A stretch of 64,000 bases of DNA from Peptococcaceae bacterium UBA6096 (GTDB lineage: Bacteria; Bacillota; Peptococcia; DRI-13; UBA5745). Of this stretch, positions 34,052 through 42,974 are shown piece by piece. A program made the position numbers and the translations under genes. Position 1 is the first letter of the stretch. The number at the start of each line of letters is the position of its first letter. The notes under the pieces were generated by a model. The model had not been told where the DNA came from and made no database searches. It saw nothing but the letters and a program-made list of their open reading frames with translations. The stretch covers positions 72,389 through 136,388 of the forward strand of contig DIWW01000016.1 in the NCBI GenBank assembly GCA_002435905.1. The letters are read 5' to 3'.

Positions 34052-35584
34052 CTATTCCTGAATTTCATAAAAACGTTGATTGCCTTTATCCAGGAGCTGA
34101 TAGAAACCCTCAGAGTCCTTGGCATCTTGCTTGGTAAGCAGGCTGATCACGACCATACAGATGGCGGAGCCAAGCATACCGATGGCGCCATACCAGGTGC
34201 CGCCGATTTCCCAGACAGAGTAGGTCATCAAAACCAGGATGGTACCCACGATCGAAGATACTAAAGCCGCTTGCTTCGTGGCCCTCTTCCAGTAGATGCC
34301 GAAGACCAGCACAGGGAACAAAGGCATCACGATGGCGATGGCGAACATGATCAGCGTGAAAATCAGGTCCGGTGGATTGAGGGCTATCAACATAGAACCC
34401 AGTCCTAAAACAGCAATGATGATCCGGTTGACCAGGGTCTCTTTTTCTTTGGGAACATTGATTTTGAAGGTATTTTTGATCAAATCGGTGGAGACGATGG
34501 CCGAGGACACCGATAAAAAGGCATTGGCGGTGGAAAGTCCGACGGCGCAAGCGCCTACGAAAAAGCCAACCATCAGAACAACAGCCAAGGTCGGACTGTA
34601 CCCAGTCACGAAGTTATGGATCATATAAGGGATGATCAGCTCGCTGTCAGATTTAGCAAGGTCGTTGACCAGTGCAAGGCCGACCAGGCCGATAAACATG
34701 GTGCCGGTCCAAACGATACCTTGAAGAATGGGTGTGAAGTAGGACAGCCGTCTTTGTGCCCTGAGATTGTCGCCAAAATAGCCGGCCCGTACAAAGACAT
34801 GGGGCAGCATAATAGTCCAGCCGATAGCACAGGAGAAAGGATAGCCGAAACGGCCGCTGTAAGGCACCCATCCGCTGGGTCCGGGATAAGAGAAGAAAGC
34901 CGGCGTATTGGTTTTAAGGGCTGTCAGCGCCGCACCTAATGAACCGCCGAAGCCGACGATCAGGCAGGCGATCACAATGAGCCAAAGCAGCGCGATAAAA
35001 ATCAGACCCTGGAAGGTGTCGGCTAATGCTGCGGATTTTACACCGCCGACGCAGACGAAGACTGTCATGATTAGACCTACCACGATGACGGCCATTTGAT
35101 AGTTGATGGCACCGCCGGTGGCATACTTGGCAGCCGAAGCAATGGCGACCAAAACCGAGGCGATATAAGGGAAGGAGGCGCTAAGGAAAATCAGGCTCAG
35201 CACAGTGGTCAGCGGTGTGCTTTTGAAACGCTCATAATAGAAGTCCGCCGGTGTTGCCCAATTGCCGCCCTTGACTTGGTTTACGATCCAGACTTTGTTC
35301 ATGGTAAAATGAGCAATCACAGGAAACAGTGCAATATAGCTCATCTCTGAAAGCCAGTATCCTAAACCTCCCCGGTAATAGGCGCCGGGTCCGGCAAAAA
35401 ACACCCAAGTGCTCATCAAAGAGGCAATATACGTCATGACTAAAATCGGCCAGGCTACAGAGGCTGTCAGAAGGCTGCCGGTCTGGCTTTGCTTCTTCTC
35501 CTGCTGCGTTACATAAAAGGCCACGCCCATGAGGAAACACATGTATAAACCGAAGGCGATCCATATGACTTGTGGACTAAGCAT
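34052..35584 (-). CDS. Sodium:solute symporter (SSS) family transporter, 510 aa
   Basis: About 13 predicted TM helices with SSS-like composition (…GGLGYWLSEMSYIALFP…, …IIAVLGLGSMLIAL…). Translationally coupled (8-nt overlap) to a small upstream membrane protein. Confidence 0.82.
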   Translation of the reverse strand: MLSPQVIWIAFGLYMCFLMGVAFYVTQQEKKQSQTGSLLTASVAWPILVMTYIASLMSTWVFFAGPGAYYRGGLGYWLSEMSYIALFPVIAHFTMNKVWIVNQVKGGNWATPADFYYERFKSTPLTTVLSLIFLSASFPYIASVLVAIASAAKYATGGAINYQMAVIVVGLIMTVFVCVGGVKSAALADTFQGLIFIALLWLIVIACLIVGFGGSLGAALTALKTNTPAFFSYPGPSGWVPYSGRFGYPFSCAIGWTIMLPHVFVRAGYFGDNLRAQRRLSYFTPILQGIVWTGTMFIGLVGLALVNDLAKSDSELIIPYMIHNFVTGYSPTLAVVLMVGFFVGACAVGLSTANAFLSVSSAIVSTDLIKNTFKINVPKEKETLVNRIIIAVLGLGSMLIALNPPDLIFTLIMFAIAIVMPLFPVLVFGIYWKRATKQAALVSSIVGTILVLMTYSVWEIGGTWYGAIGMLGSAICMVVISLLTKQDAKDSEGFYQLLDKGNQRFYEIQE

Positions 35585-35807
35585 GCGTGTTTGCCCCCTT
35601 ATCCTTATTCTGTTCTTTCAATTTATACACTTTGTAGACCCGGTTCATCCCTGCATAGGCCAAAATCCAAAGAGGCACCACGGTCAGCACACCATGAACA
35701 AGCATGCCCTGAGCGTCTCCCATGGCTGGTACACCGGGTATATTATAAAGAATATAAAAGATTGCCGTTGCGATGAGCCAAAGCCGTTCTGATTTGGTCG
35801 TTTTCAT
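35577..35807 (-). CDS. Small 2-TM membrane protein coupled to the SSS transporter (YhdT/DUF997-like position)
   Basis: The 76-aa protein has two hydrophobic helices (LWLIATAIFYILYNI, VLTVVPLWILAYAGM). A strong RBS (GAGGAGGAGAG) lies upstream. Overlaps the transporter start. Confidence 0.55.
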   Translation of the reverse strand: MKTTKSERLWLIATAIFYILYNIPGVPAMGDAQGMLVHGVLTVVPLWILAYAGMNRVYKVYKLKEQNKDKGANTHA

Positions 35808-36024
35808 GTTCTCTCCTCCTCGTTATTGGAATATTTCGATAACATTGATTCGGTAAGATGTTCCCTTTTTGCCGCCGGGGGGAAAACGATGGCCGGTATT
35901 CTCGTTGACAGAGGCCGGAGGCGGGTGGACGTCACAAGGTTTCGATCCGCTTGTGTTCCACCCGGAGGGGCTGCGCCCTCTCCCCGATCCTGTCAAACCA
36001 GTCCGTAAAATCAATCAGTTGAAA

Positions 36025-37464
36025 CTATTTTACCAACGCCTTATGGGCTTTCTCCAAAGCGGCGTCAATGGCCTGGATCCGTTCGGCGGAAAGATCAACC
36101 TTGACAGGTGATTTCACCAGCTCTTCATAACGTTCTGTGGCCAGATCCAGAAGGGTCTTCTTGCCGTTTTGTTCCCACTTGGCCATACCATCCCGGTTGA
36201 ATAACCGAGGACGATGGGGCTCGGTGAAATGGCGCATGGTATGATCGCTCACGATGAAGCCGGCTTTGTCAACCTCATCAATGAGTTCCTGATAAGCAAG
36301 GGTCTCATCATCCACCACCAGGCCTTGACGCAGACGGTGGGCAGTCCCAAAGATTTCATTGTCGATGATCAGCTGCAGGGGGCTGATGGTTTTCGCCGTT
36401 TCCAATTGGCCGGCGCCGCCCAGCACGCTGGCATCGGACATGGCCATCATGTGGATCAGGGAGGTACGCTCGATGAAATTCTGTTCGTCCAGGATCAGGC
36501 TGTCGGTTCCGGTGCCGTAGGAATGGGCCCGGATATTGTAGCCCTGCTCAAACAGCTGCATGCACATCAGACGGGCCATGGTGATCTCCGTATTGGACTG
36601 CAGCGTATAGGTGGTCATCATATCCATGGAGAACAGCAAGGTGGTGGCAATGACTGGCGTGCCGGGCCCGATCAGCTGGATCATGATGATCATCGCCATA
36701 ACCTCGGCACAGGCAACCAAAGCAGTGCCCTGGGCAGTGACCGGCGTATTGGCGCCTGCCGTAGGCAGAGAACAGGGCTGCACAGGAACGCCAGCCTTGG
36801 CGCAGCGATACAGGACCTCAGCGTCCATCCGCTTCCAAATCAGAACAGGTACGCCGCAGGAGATGAAGCTGACGATGGGATTCTTACGCAGTTCATCCAG
36901 GCCGCCCACGGCAGCTGCAGCAATTTCGATCAGCTGCTGCACATTGTCGGTTTCATAAGGCTGGATCCAGATATGTTTTTTGCTGTGCTTCAGCACCTGA
37001 GCCAGTGTATAGACGTCGATGGCGTCCACCGGCACTTCTTCGCCGGAGGTGGAGGGCAGTGTGCAGTAATCAATATTCTCCATGGAATTGATCAGCTGGG
37101 TCCACTCTGCAACTTCATCCAACGTAATATAGTGAGAATCATTCTTCGTATCCAGATAATTCATGGCGCCGGTATTGGTACGGACATAGAAATCACCTGT
37201 GGGATTCGGGAATTTCAGATCACGTTCGCCGGAAGGGGATTTCAAGGTAAATTCTGCGGGCACTGAAGCCAATGCCTTCTTGATCAGCGCTTTGCTGAAT
37301 TTTACGTTGTGGCCGTTCACTTCGGCGCCGGCTGCCGCCAGCTCGGCCACCAGCTCAGGATGGTCCACCTCAATACCCCGGATCGACAACAGGTCCTCGA
37401 TCCGATTCTTCATGAGTTCCAATTCCTGGGCATTCATCACATCATATTTGATTCTGCCTCGCAT
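36025..37464 (-). CDS. MttB-superfamily (trimethylamine methyltransferase family) substrate:corrinoid methyltransferase, non-pyrrolysine type
   Basis: The 479-aa uninterrupted frame includes GVPVQPCSLPTAGANTPVTAQGTALVACAEVMAMIIMIQLIGPGTPVI...SYGTGTDSLILDEQNFIERT...LQLIIDNEIFG, the characteristic MttB-family core. There is no in-frame TAG. Confidence 0.88.
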   Translation of the reverse strand: MRGRIKYDVMNAQELELMKNRIEDLLSIRGIEVDHPELVAELAAAGAEVNGHNVKFSKALIKKALASVPAEFTLKSPSGERDLKFPNPTGDFYVRTNTGAMNYLDTKNDSHYITLDEVAEWTQLINSMENIDYCTLPSTSGEEVPVDAIDVYTLAQVLKHSKKHIWIQPYETDNVQQLIEIAAAAVGGLDELRKNPIVSFISCGVPVLIWKRMDAEVLYRCAKAGVPVQPCSLPTAGANTPVTAQGTALVACAEVMAMIIMIQLIGPGTPVIATTLLFSMDMMTTYTLQSNTEITMARLMCMQLFEQGYNIRAHSYGTGTDSLILDEQNFIERTSLIHMMAMSDASVLGGAGQLETAKTISPLQLIIDNEIFGTAHRLRQGLVVDDETLAYQELIDEVDKAGFIVSDHTMRHFTEPHRPRLFNRDGMAKWEQNGKKTLLDLATERYEELVKSPVKVDLSAERIQAIDAALEKAHKALVK

Positions 37465-37540
37465 GTTGTGCTCCTTTCGAATGGGCTTTCTTCATCGCCC
37501 TGTACGCATGTTTTTCTATTCTATTCCGGTCCCTTTGGGA

Positions 37541-38173
37541 CTATGCCACATAGCCCTTGGCCAGTCTTGCGGCTTCCGCTGCATCCGCAGCAAAACAATC
37601 AGCGCCAATTTTATCCGCCCAGGCCTGATTGATAGGGGCACCGCCAACCATGACTTTGACCTGATCTCTAAGTCCCTCTTTGACCAGGGCTTCGATCACA
37701 TATTTCTGCTCATACATCGTCGTTGTCAGAAGCGCCGCCATGCCGATAACATCCGGTTTATGTTCTTTCACGGCTGCAACAAATTTATCGGAGGAAACGT
37801 CGGAGCCCAGGTCGATGACCTCAAGTCCGGCGCTGCGCATCATTAAAGCCACCAGATTTTTACCGATGTCATGAAGATCGCCCTTGACCGTACCCACGAC
37901 CACCGTGCCGATGGTGGTGACGCTGCCGTCCAGCATCAGGGGTTTGATGACCTCCACGCCCTCGTTCATGGCTTTCGCAGCCATCAGAACATTGGGAACA
38001 AAGACCTCGTTTCTTGCAAAACGCTCGCCGATCAGATTGATGCCGGGCATCAGACCCCCATCCAGGATCTCTTTGGCGGTCAGGCCCTGATCGACAGCCT
38101 CCTGAGTCTTTGCCTTGATATTCAAATAATTTCCCGCGATGACCAAATCTGAAAGTTCCTGTAATATACTCAT
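37541..38173 (-). CDS. Corrinoid (B12-binding) protein 1, MtbC/MtgC-like
   Basis: N-terminal helical cap, then VVGTVKGDLHDIGKNLVALMMRSAGLEVIDLG (DxHxxG ... SxL ... GG motif set) and VMVGGAPI. Confidence 0.88.
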   Translation of the reverse strand: MSILQELSDLVIAGNYLNIKAKTQEAVDQGLTAKEILDGGLMPGINLIGERFARNEVFVPNVLMAAKAMNEGVEVIKPLMLDGSVTTIGTVVVGTVKGDLHDIGKNLVALMMRSAGLEVIDLGSDVSSDKFVAAVKEHKPDVIGMAALLTTTMYEQKYVIEALVKEGLRDQVKVMVGGAPINQAWADKIGADCFAADAAEAARLAKGYVA

Positions 38174-38210
38174 GTTTTTTCCTCCCTTTATTGTTTGCTG
38201 AGATGCGGTA

Positions 38211-38849
38211 CTAAGGGATCTCCCGTATGATCTTCAAGACCTTTTCTTTGGCTTCAATAGCGTTGTCGGAAAACAATGCGTGGATTTCCCGGGCAAATTC
38301 GCTGGTCACAGGATTGCCGCCTACCAGGATGATGACAGGTTGATCAAAGGTTTCCCTCTGTATCGCCTCCACGACATCCTTCATATTGGGCATCATCGTG
38401 GTCAGCATCGCCGAAATCAGCACCACTGAAGCTTGGGTCCTTCGGATTTCCTGGATAAATTCCTCTTTGGTGACGTTGGTGCCCAGGTCAACGACCTCAA
38501 GGCCGGCACTTTCCAGAAGCATCTTGACCAGTTGTTTTCCGATGTCGTGGATATCACCTTTTACCGTACCGATGATCACCTTGTCCAGTTTGGGCAGTTG
38601 AGAGTCTCCCAGATAGCGTGCGACCTGATCCATCCCTTTGGCAATCACCCGGGCTGACATTAGGATCTCCGGGATAAATTTTATCCCGCTGCGATACTCT
38701 GCCTCTACAACATCCATTCCCGGAACCAGGCCTTGACTAATGATCCCCATAGGTTCAAAGCCTTGCTCCAGCATGGTTTGGCAAAGTTCTGCTGCTTTTT
38801 CCTCATCTCCGGCAACGACTGCTTTTGTGATTTCCTCAAATAGGTCCAC
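38211..38849 (-). CDS. Corrinoid (B12-binding) protein 2, a paralogue of protein 1
   Basis: IIGTVKGDIHDIGKQLVKMLLESAGLEVVDLG and ILVGGNPV. The best start is GTG 38847-38849 (GGGAGG 5 nt upstream). Alternatives are ATG 38870 or the track start 38975, which would add a hydrophobic, unrelated N-terminus. Confidence 0.8.
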   Translation of the reverse strand: MDLFEEITKAVVAGDEEKAAELCQTMLEQGFEPMGIISQGLVPGMDVVEAEYRSGIKFIPEILMSARVIAKGMDQVARYLGDSQLPKLDKVIIGTVKGDIHDIGKQLVKMLLESAGLEVVDLGTNVTKEEFIQEIRRTQASVVLISAMLTTMMPNMKDVVEAIQRETFDQPVIILVGGNPVTSEFAREIHALFSDNAIEAKEKVLKIIREIP

Positions 38850-39113
38850 TTCTACCTCCCGTTGACGCATCCACCGCCAAAATGGTTCAGGGGTCTTTCT
38901 AACTGCATTATCCGATAACAGGGAGAAAAAAACTAAAATAATAACCGTGTATTTTTGTAAATATTTGCACAACATGCCGGCAGTGTAATATTTCCCTCTT
39001 GCCGGACTGAATTTTGGTCAAATTTTTGACTTCCGATCCACTTTACCTTTATTTTATTACAGTGCTATAATAAAACAAGCTTAAAAATTTTATCGATAAA
39101 AGCAGGTGAAGAT

Positions 39114-40397
39114 ATGCCGGAAAACCTCTTTGATATCATTAAATTAACGGAGATCGCCCAGTGTTTTTACGAATGCACCTCCGTTCCCGTGACGGTTTTC
39201 AATGAAAAAATGGAGATTCTGGCGGAAGCCGGACGGGATCAAAAAATTTGTAAATTCTTTGACATCTATAACTCCAGAGGACCCTGCACGAAAGTCCTAA
39301 AATTTTCCGGGGAGATGGCCTTAAGCCTTGGGGAACCCTATATTTACTCTTGTCCCGCCGGTTTTCTGAATCTATGTGTGGCGCTGATCTCCGAAAAAAA
39401 GTTCCGGGGCTGCTTTATCGCCGGGCCGATCTCCATGAACACCATCAGTGAAAAAAACATTAATGCCATCATGGATCTGAACAAAAACTCCAGCGGCACT
39501 GCCGGCATGTTCAGCAAACTCAGCCTCTTTATCCGGGATATGCCTGTTTATTCACCGGCCAGGATCTCCAGTCTTGCCCGTCTTTTATTCAATAATGTAT
39601 TGAGTCTTTACAGTGATCGGGCAGATTACCTGTACCTCAGCAACAAATATGATACCTACACGCATATCTCCGAAACCATCAAAAAGCACAAAGAAGAACA
39701 GCGCCTGACGCCGGAAGCGATTCGCCAAAGCAACAGCGATGACCGGATCCGGGAACTGCTCAAGCGGATCCAGGCCGGTGACCATTCCGGCTCCCGTGAT
39801 CTGATCCGCCTGATTCTGGAGGATATCCTGATTACAGAAGCCGGCAACTTTGAAATCATGAAAATCCGCCTTTTTGAGCTCTATATGAGCCTTTCCAGGG
39901 CTGGCGTCGAAAGCGGCGCCTCGATTCAGAAGGTCTTTGGAATCCAATTTGAATTGGTCTCTTCCTTGACAAAAATCTATACCCTTCCGGAGCTGCATCT
40001 ATGGTCCCAGCAAGTGGTCGATCATTTCATCGACAACGTCTTTTCGACCATTTATGCCGGCCATTCTCTGATCATTATCAATGCCATCCAGCATATCAAT
40101 ACAAATTATATGACCAAGATCAACCTAAGAAACCTGGCAAACCTCCTGCATGTCAACGAATCCTATCTTTCCAAGCTTTTTAAACAGGAAATGGGAAAAC
40201 ACTTCACCGATTATATCAATGAAATCCGGATCAATAAAAGCCTTTCCCTGATCCGGGATACAGACAACAACCTGTTGGACATCGCCGTTGCCGTCGGCTT
40301 CGAAGATCAAAGCTACTATACGAAAATTTTTCGCAAGGTGATGGGTGTGACGCCCAAGCAGTATCGCAACGGAAACAGCCAGACCGCCCCATCCTAA
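39114..40397 (+). CDS. PocR-sensor / AraC-type HTH transcriptional regulator
   Basis: The N-terminal PocR-like region (FYECTSVPVTVFNEKMEILAE...YIYSCPAGFLNLCVALI) is followed by the C-terminal AraC HTH (LANLLHVNESYLSKLFKQEMG...IAVAVGFEDQSYYTKIFRKVMGVTPKQYR). Divergent from the corrinoid/mttB operon. Confidence 0.85.
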   Translation: MPENLFDIIKLTEIAQCFYECTSVPVTVFNEKMEILAEAGRDQKICKFFDIYNSRGPCTKVLKFSGEMALSLGEPYIYSCPAGFLNLCVALISEKKFRGCFIAGPISMNTISEKNINAIMDLNKNSSGTAGMFSKLSLFIRDMPVYSPARISSLARLLFNNVLSLYSDRADYLYLSNKYDTYTHISETIKKHKEEQRLTPEAIRQSNSDDRIRELLKRIQAGDHSGSRDLIRLILEDILITEAGNFEIMKIRLFELYMSLSRAGVESGASIQKVFGIQFELVSSLTKIYTLPELHLWSQQVVDHFIDNVFSTIYAGHSLIIINAIQHINTNYMTKINLRNLANLLHVNESYLSKLFKQEMGKHFTDYINEIRINKSLSLIRDTDNNLLDIAVAVGFEDQSYYTKIFRKVMGVTPKQYRNGNSQTAPS

Positions 40398-40503
40398 GAC
40401 GGATTTTTGTCACTTCCCCTCAAGATAAAAATATTACTAAAAAAAGTGGATATTTTCTGAAACCGATCCGGGATTGCAGGATTAAAATAGAAGATAACAT
40501 ATT

Positions 40504-41175
40504 ATGGACAGGGGGCTTTGCATCGTGCTTGAATCTGTGAATACCGTTTGCACCGCTGCACAGGACACTGTGTACCAACGCCTGCAAATTACCGGCGATT
40601 CCCTGGCCGCTTTGCATTCCAGGGAACTCTATCCTCAATTGTTTGCCCTTGCAGAAAAGTTAAGCCAATTGACCTGCTTGTACAGTCTGCTGCCCCGCAC
40701 CGGCGTCTTAGGTATCCCGGAGCTTGATCGCTGCTCCCATTTGGTCTACTGCTTTGTTTCGACCGGTCCCCACCTGGGGCAAGCCATTGGGGATTTTTTC
40801 CTAAAAAAAGATTATTTAGAGGGTTTCCTTCTGGACCATCTGGGAAACGAAATTTTATTTAACGCCTCCGAACAAATGAATCATACCATCGCCGAGCGGC
40901 TGCAAGCCCAAGGTCTGAATCTTACCGCCCGGTTTTCCCCGGGAGAAGGAGCCCTGGACCTGGAATACCAAGCTGTCATCCTGGAAGCGCTGCAGCGCCA
41001 AGGGGAAATCCCAGCCCAGCTGAACGACCATTTCATGCTCTCGCCGGAAAAAACGATTTTGTACGTATTTGGCGCAGACAAAGACATCTGCGCTGGCAGC
41101 ATCCGACATGATTGCCGGCTCTGTGATCGGCAAAGCTGTTACTTCCGTATCGAATCGACCGCAAAGGAAGTGTGA
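40504..41175 (+). CDS. MetH activation-domain-like protein (vitamin B12-dependent methionine synthase activation domain family); tentative
   Basis: ~220 aa. ARFSPGEGALDLEYQAVILEAL resembles the SPGYG-type core of that domain. It sits immediately upstream of, and overlaps, the reductive activase gene, a recurrent pairing. The start is uncertain (weak RBS; alternative GTG near 40525). Confidence 0.45.
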   Translation: MDRGLCIVLESVNTVCTAAQDTVYQRLQITGDSLAALHSRELYPQLFALAEKLSQLTCLYSLLPRTGVLGIPELDRCSHLVYCFVSTGPHLGQAIGDFFLKKDYLEGFLLDHLGNEILFNASEQMNHTIAERLQAQGLNLTARFSPGEGALDLEYQAVILEALQRQGEIPAQLNDHFMLSPEKTILYVFGADKDICAGSIRHDCRLCDRQSCYFRIESTAKEV

Positions 41176-41177
41176 TC

Positions 41178-42974
41178 ATGTCGAATCTGGAAGTCCTTTT
41201 CCCCAACCAGGGCCTATGCCTTCTGCTGCCTCAGGGGATCACCCTGGCAGAGGCCTGCGATGCCGCCGGTCTTGCTTTGGATTTGGTATGCAGCGGCCGA
41301 GGCACTTGCGGCAAGTGCCGGATCCGGATCCAGGAATCTGACGGATGTCAGCATGAGGTTCTTGCCTGCAAGACAAAACTGGACCGGCCACTGCAAATTC
41401 TTTTGAAAGAATCGGACTATGTCCACTGGGCACAGCTTCTGACGGCCGGTTATAGCGGTCGGTCTTTTGATTTTTCCCCGGCCCTGACCAAGCGTTTTCT
41501 CTCACCGGAGCAGCTTACCCCCGCTTATTGTGGCCAATATGCGGATCTGGACGCTCCCTTGCTTCTTGCAGAACTGGGCCGTCAGATGCAGCAATGCCAG
41601 GCTGCCGGGCAACCTCAGCCCACAGACCAGGGCCTTACGCTGGTCTATAACGAAGAAGCCTTGTTGGCCATCCAAAACGGAGACACCACGCCCCGGCTCT
41701 ATGGGGCTGCCTGTGATATCGGAACCACCAGCGTCGCGCTCTATATTTATGATCTTACTTCCGGAAAACTGCTATGCACCGGCTCGGCCCTGAATGGCCA
41801 AATCATTCATGGAGCCGATGTCATCAGCCGGATCAGCTATTGCCAGTTCCAGCCGGAAGGTACCCAGACCCTTCAACGCCTCATTTTGGATACCCTGGAT
41901 CAGCTTCTGACCGAAACCGCCGCACAGCTGCCGGGACTGCTTCAGGATCTTTATTCTCTGGTGGTCTGCGGCAACACCACGATGCAGCATCTGTTTTTTG
42001 GCATCTTTCCCGGCGCCTTGGGCCACAGTCCTTTCGCCTCCATTTCCCACCATACACAGACCTGCAGGGCCAAAGGATTAGGCCTGGCACTGCCTGCCGA
42101 TTGCATGGTGACCTTCTTGCCCCTGATCGGCGGCTTCGTGGGGGCCGACACCACCGCCGTGCTTTTAACGCTTCCGGAGGATGACAAACTGCGTCTGGTG
42201 ATCGACCTGGGCACCAACGGCGAAATCGTTTTAGGCAAGAACGGCAAACGCCTGGCTGCTTCCACCGCCTGCGGTCCTGCCCTGGAAGGCGGATGCCTGG
42301 CCTGCGGCATGCGCGGCAGCAACGGGGCCATTGACACCGTCGAAATCATCGATGACGAAGTGCACTTCCATTGTATCGGCGATGCGCCGGCTAAGGGCCT
42401 CTGTGGTTCTGGCATCGTCGATCTGGCTGCCGTTCTGCTCGTTGCCGAAATCATGGATCCCAGCGGACGGCTGCTCTCCCGGGAGGAATACCAAAGCATT
42501 CATCCAGGCTCCGCTTTGGCCCGGCATTTGGCAGTCCACGAAGGAAGCAATGCTTTTTTTCTAACAGAAACCGTCTTTCTTACCCAAAAAGATATCCGGC
42601 AGATCCAGTTGGCTAAAAGTGCAATTTGCGCCGGCTGCCTGGCTTTGATGGCAGATTACGGCTGCACCCCGGAGGAAATCCATGAGCTGGTCTTAGCCGG
42701 AGCCTTCGGCAATCACATCCAAATCGATTCTGCCCTGACCATCGGCATGCTGCCGCCAGTCTCCAGGGAGCGTATCCTCTCCATTGGCAACGGCGCCGGT
42801 CAAGGTGTCTGCCAATACCTTCTGGACCGTCAAGCCCAGAATCGGGTGCAGCGCATAAGGGGTGAGACAGTCCACCGGGAGCTGGCCTGTGATCCGTTCT
42901 TCATGGAAGAATACATTATGCAAATGAACTTCCCCCTTCGGATGACCTCCCAGGAAAGGAGTTGCTCTGCATGA
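41178..42974 (+). CDS. Reductive activator of corrinoid enzymes (RamA/RACo-like): N-terminal 2Fe-2S ferredoxin plus ASKHA ATPase domain
   Basis: CSGRGTCGKCRIRI (plant-type 2Fe-2S Cys cluster). ASKHA phosphate motifs AACDIGTTSVALYIYD and VIDLGTNGEIVLG. Start ATG 41178 (AAAGGAAG 7 nt upstream); the track uses GTG 41172. Confidence 0.85.
   Translation: MSNLEVLFPNQGLCLLLPQGITLAEACDAAGLALDLVCSGRGTCGKCRIRIQESDGCQHEVLACKTKLDRPLQILLKESDYVHWAQLLTAGYSGRSFDFSPALTKRFLSPEQLTPAYCGQYADLDAPLLLAELGRQMQQCQAAGQPQPTDQGLTLVYNEEALLAIQNGDTTPRLYGAACDIGTTSVALYIYDLTSGKLLCTGSALNGQIIHGADVISRISYCQFQPEGTQTLQRLILDTLDQLLTETAAQLPGLLQDLYSLVVCGNTTMQHLFFGIFPGALGHSPFASISHHTQTCRAKGLGLALPADCMVTFLPLIGGFVGADTTAVLLTLPEDDKLRLVIDLGTNGEIVLGKNGKRLAASTACGPALEGGCLACGMRGSNGAIDTVEIIDDEVHFHCIGDAPAKGLCGSGIVDLAAVLLVAEIMDPSGRLLSREEYQSIHPGSALARHLAVHEGSNAFFLTETVFLTQKDIRQIQLAKSAICAGCLALMADYGCTPEEIHELVLAGAFGNHIQIDSALTIGMLPPVSRERILSIGNGAGQGVCQYLLDRQAQNRVQRIRGETVHRELACDPFFMEEYIMQMNFPLRMTSQERSCSA

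Noticed and set aside
35923-35963. A tRNA-like T-arm look-alike (ACAAGGTTTCGATCCGCTTGT inside GGGTGGA...TCCACCC).
   Set aside because: The loop is 11 nt rather than 7. No acceptor, D or anticodon arms can be drawn around it. I kept it only as part of an unexplained structured spacer.
36214-37266. A 350-aa ORF on the plus strand, antisense to the MttB-family gene. Similar long antisense ORFs lie at 11364-12329, 44690-45454, 51078-51932 and 59100-59873.
   Set aside because: Each lies exactly opposite a gene with unmistakable family motifs. They lack an RBS, and their translations are low-complexity (G/H/D/R/Q-rich) with no recognisable domain. These are typical shadow ORFs in GC-rich, codon-biased DNA.
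36025-37464. I looked for an in-frame amber (TAG) codon that would indicate a pyrrolysine-containing MttB.
   Set aside because: The frame is uninterrupted for 479 codons and no pyl genes are in the window. It is therefore a non-Pyl family member.
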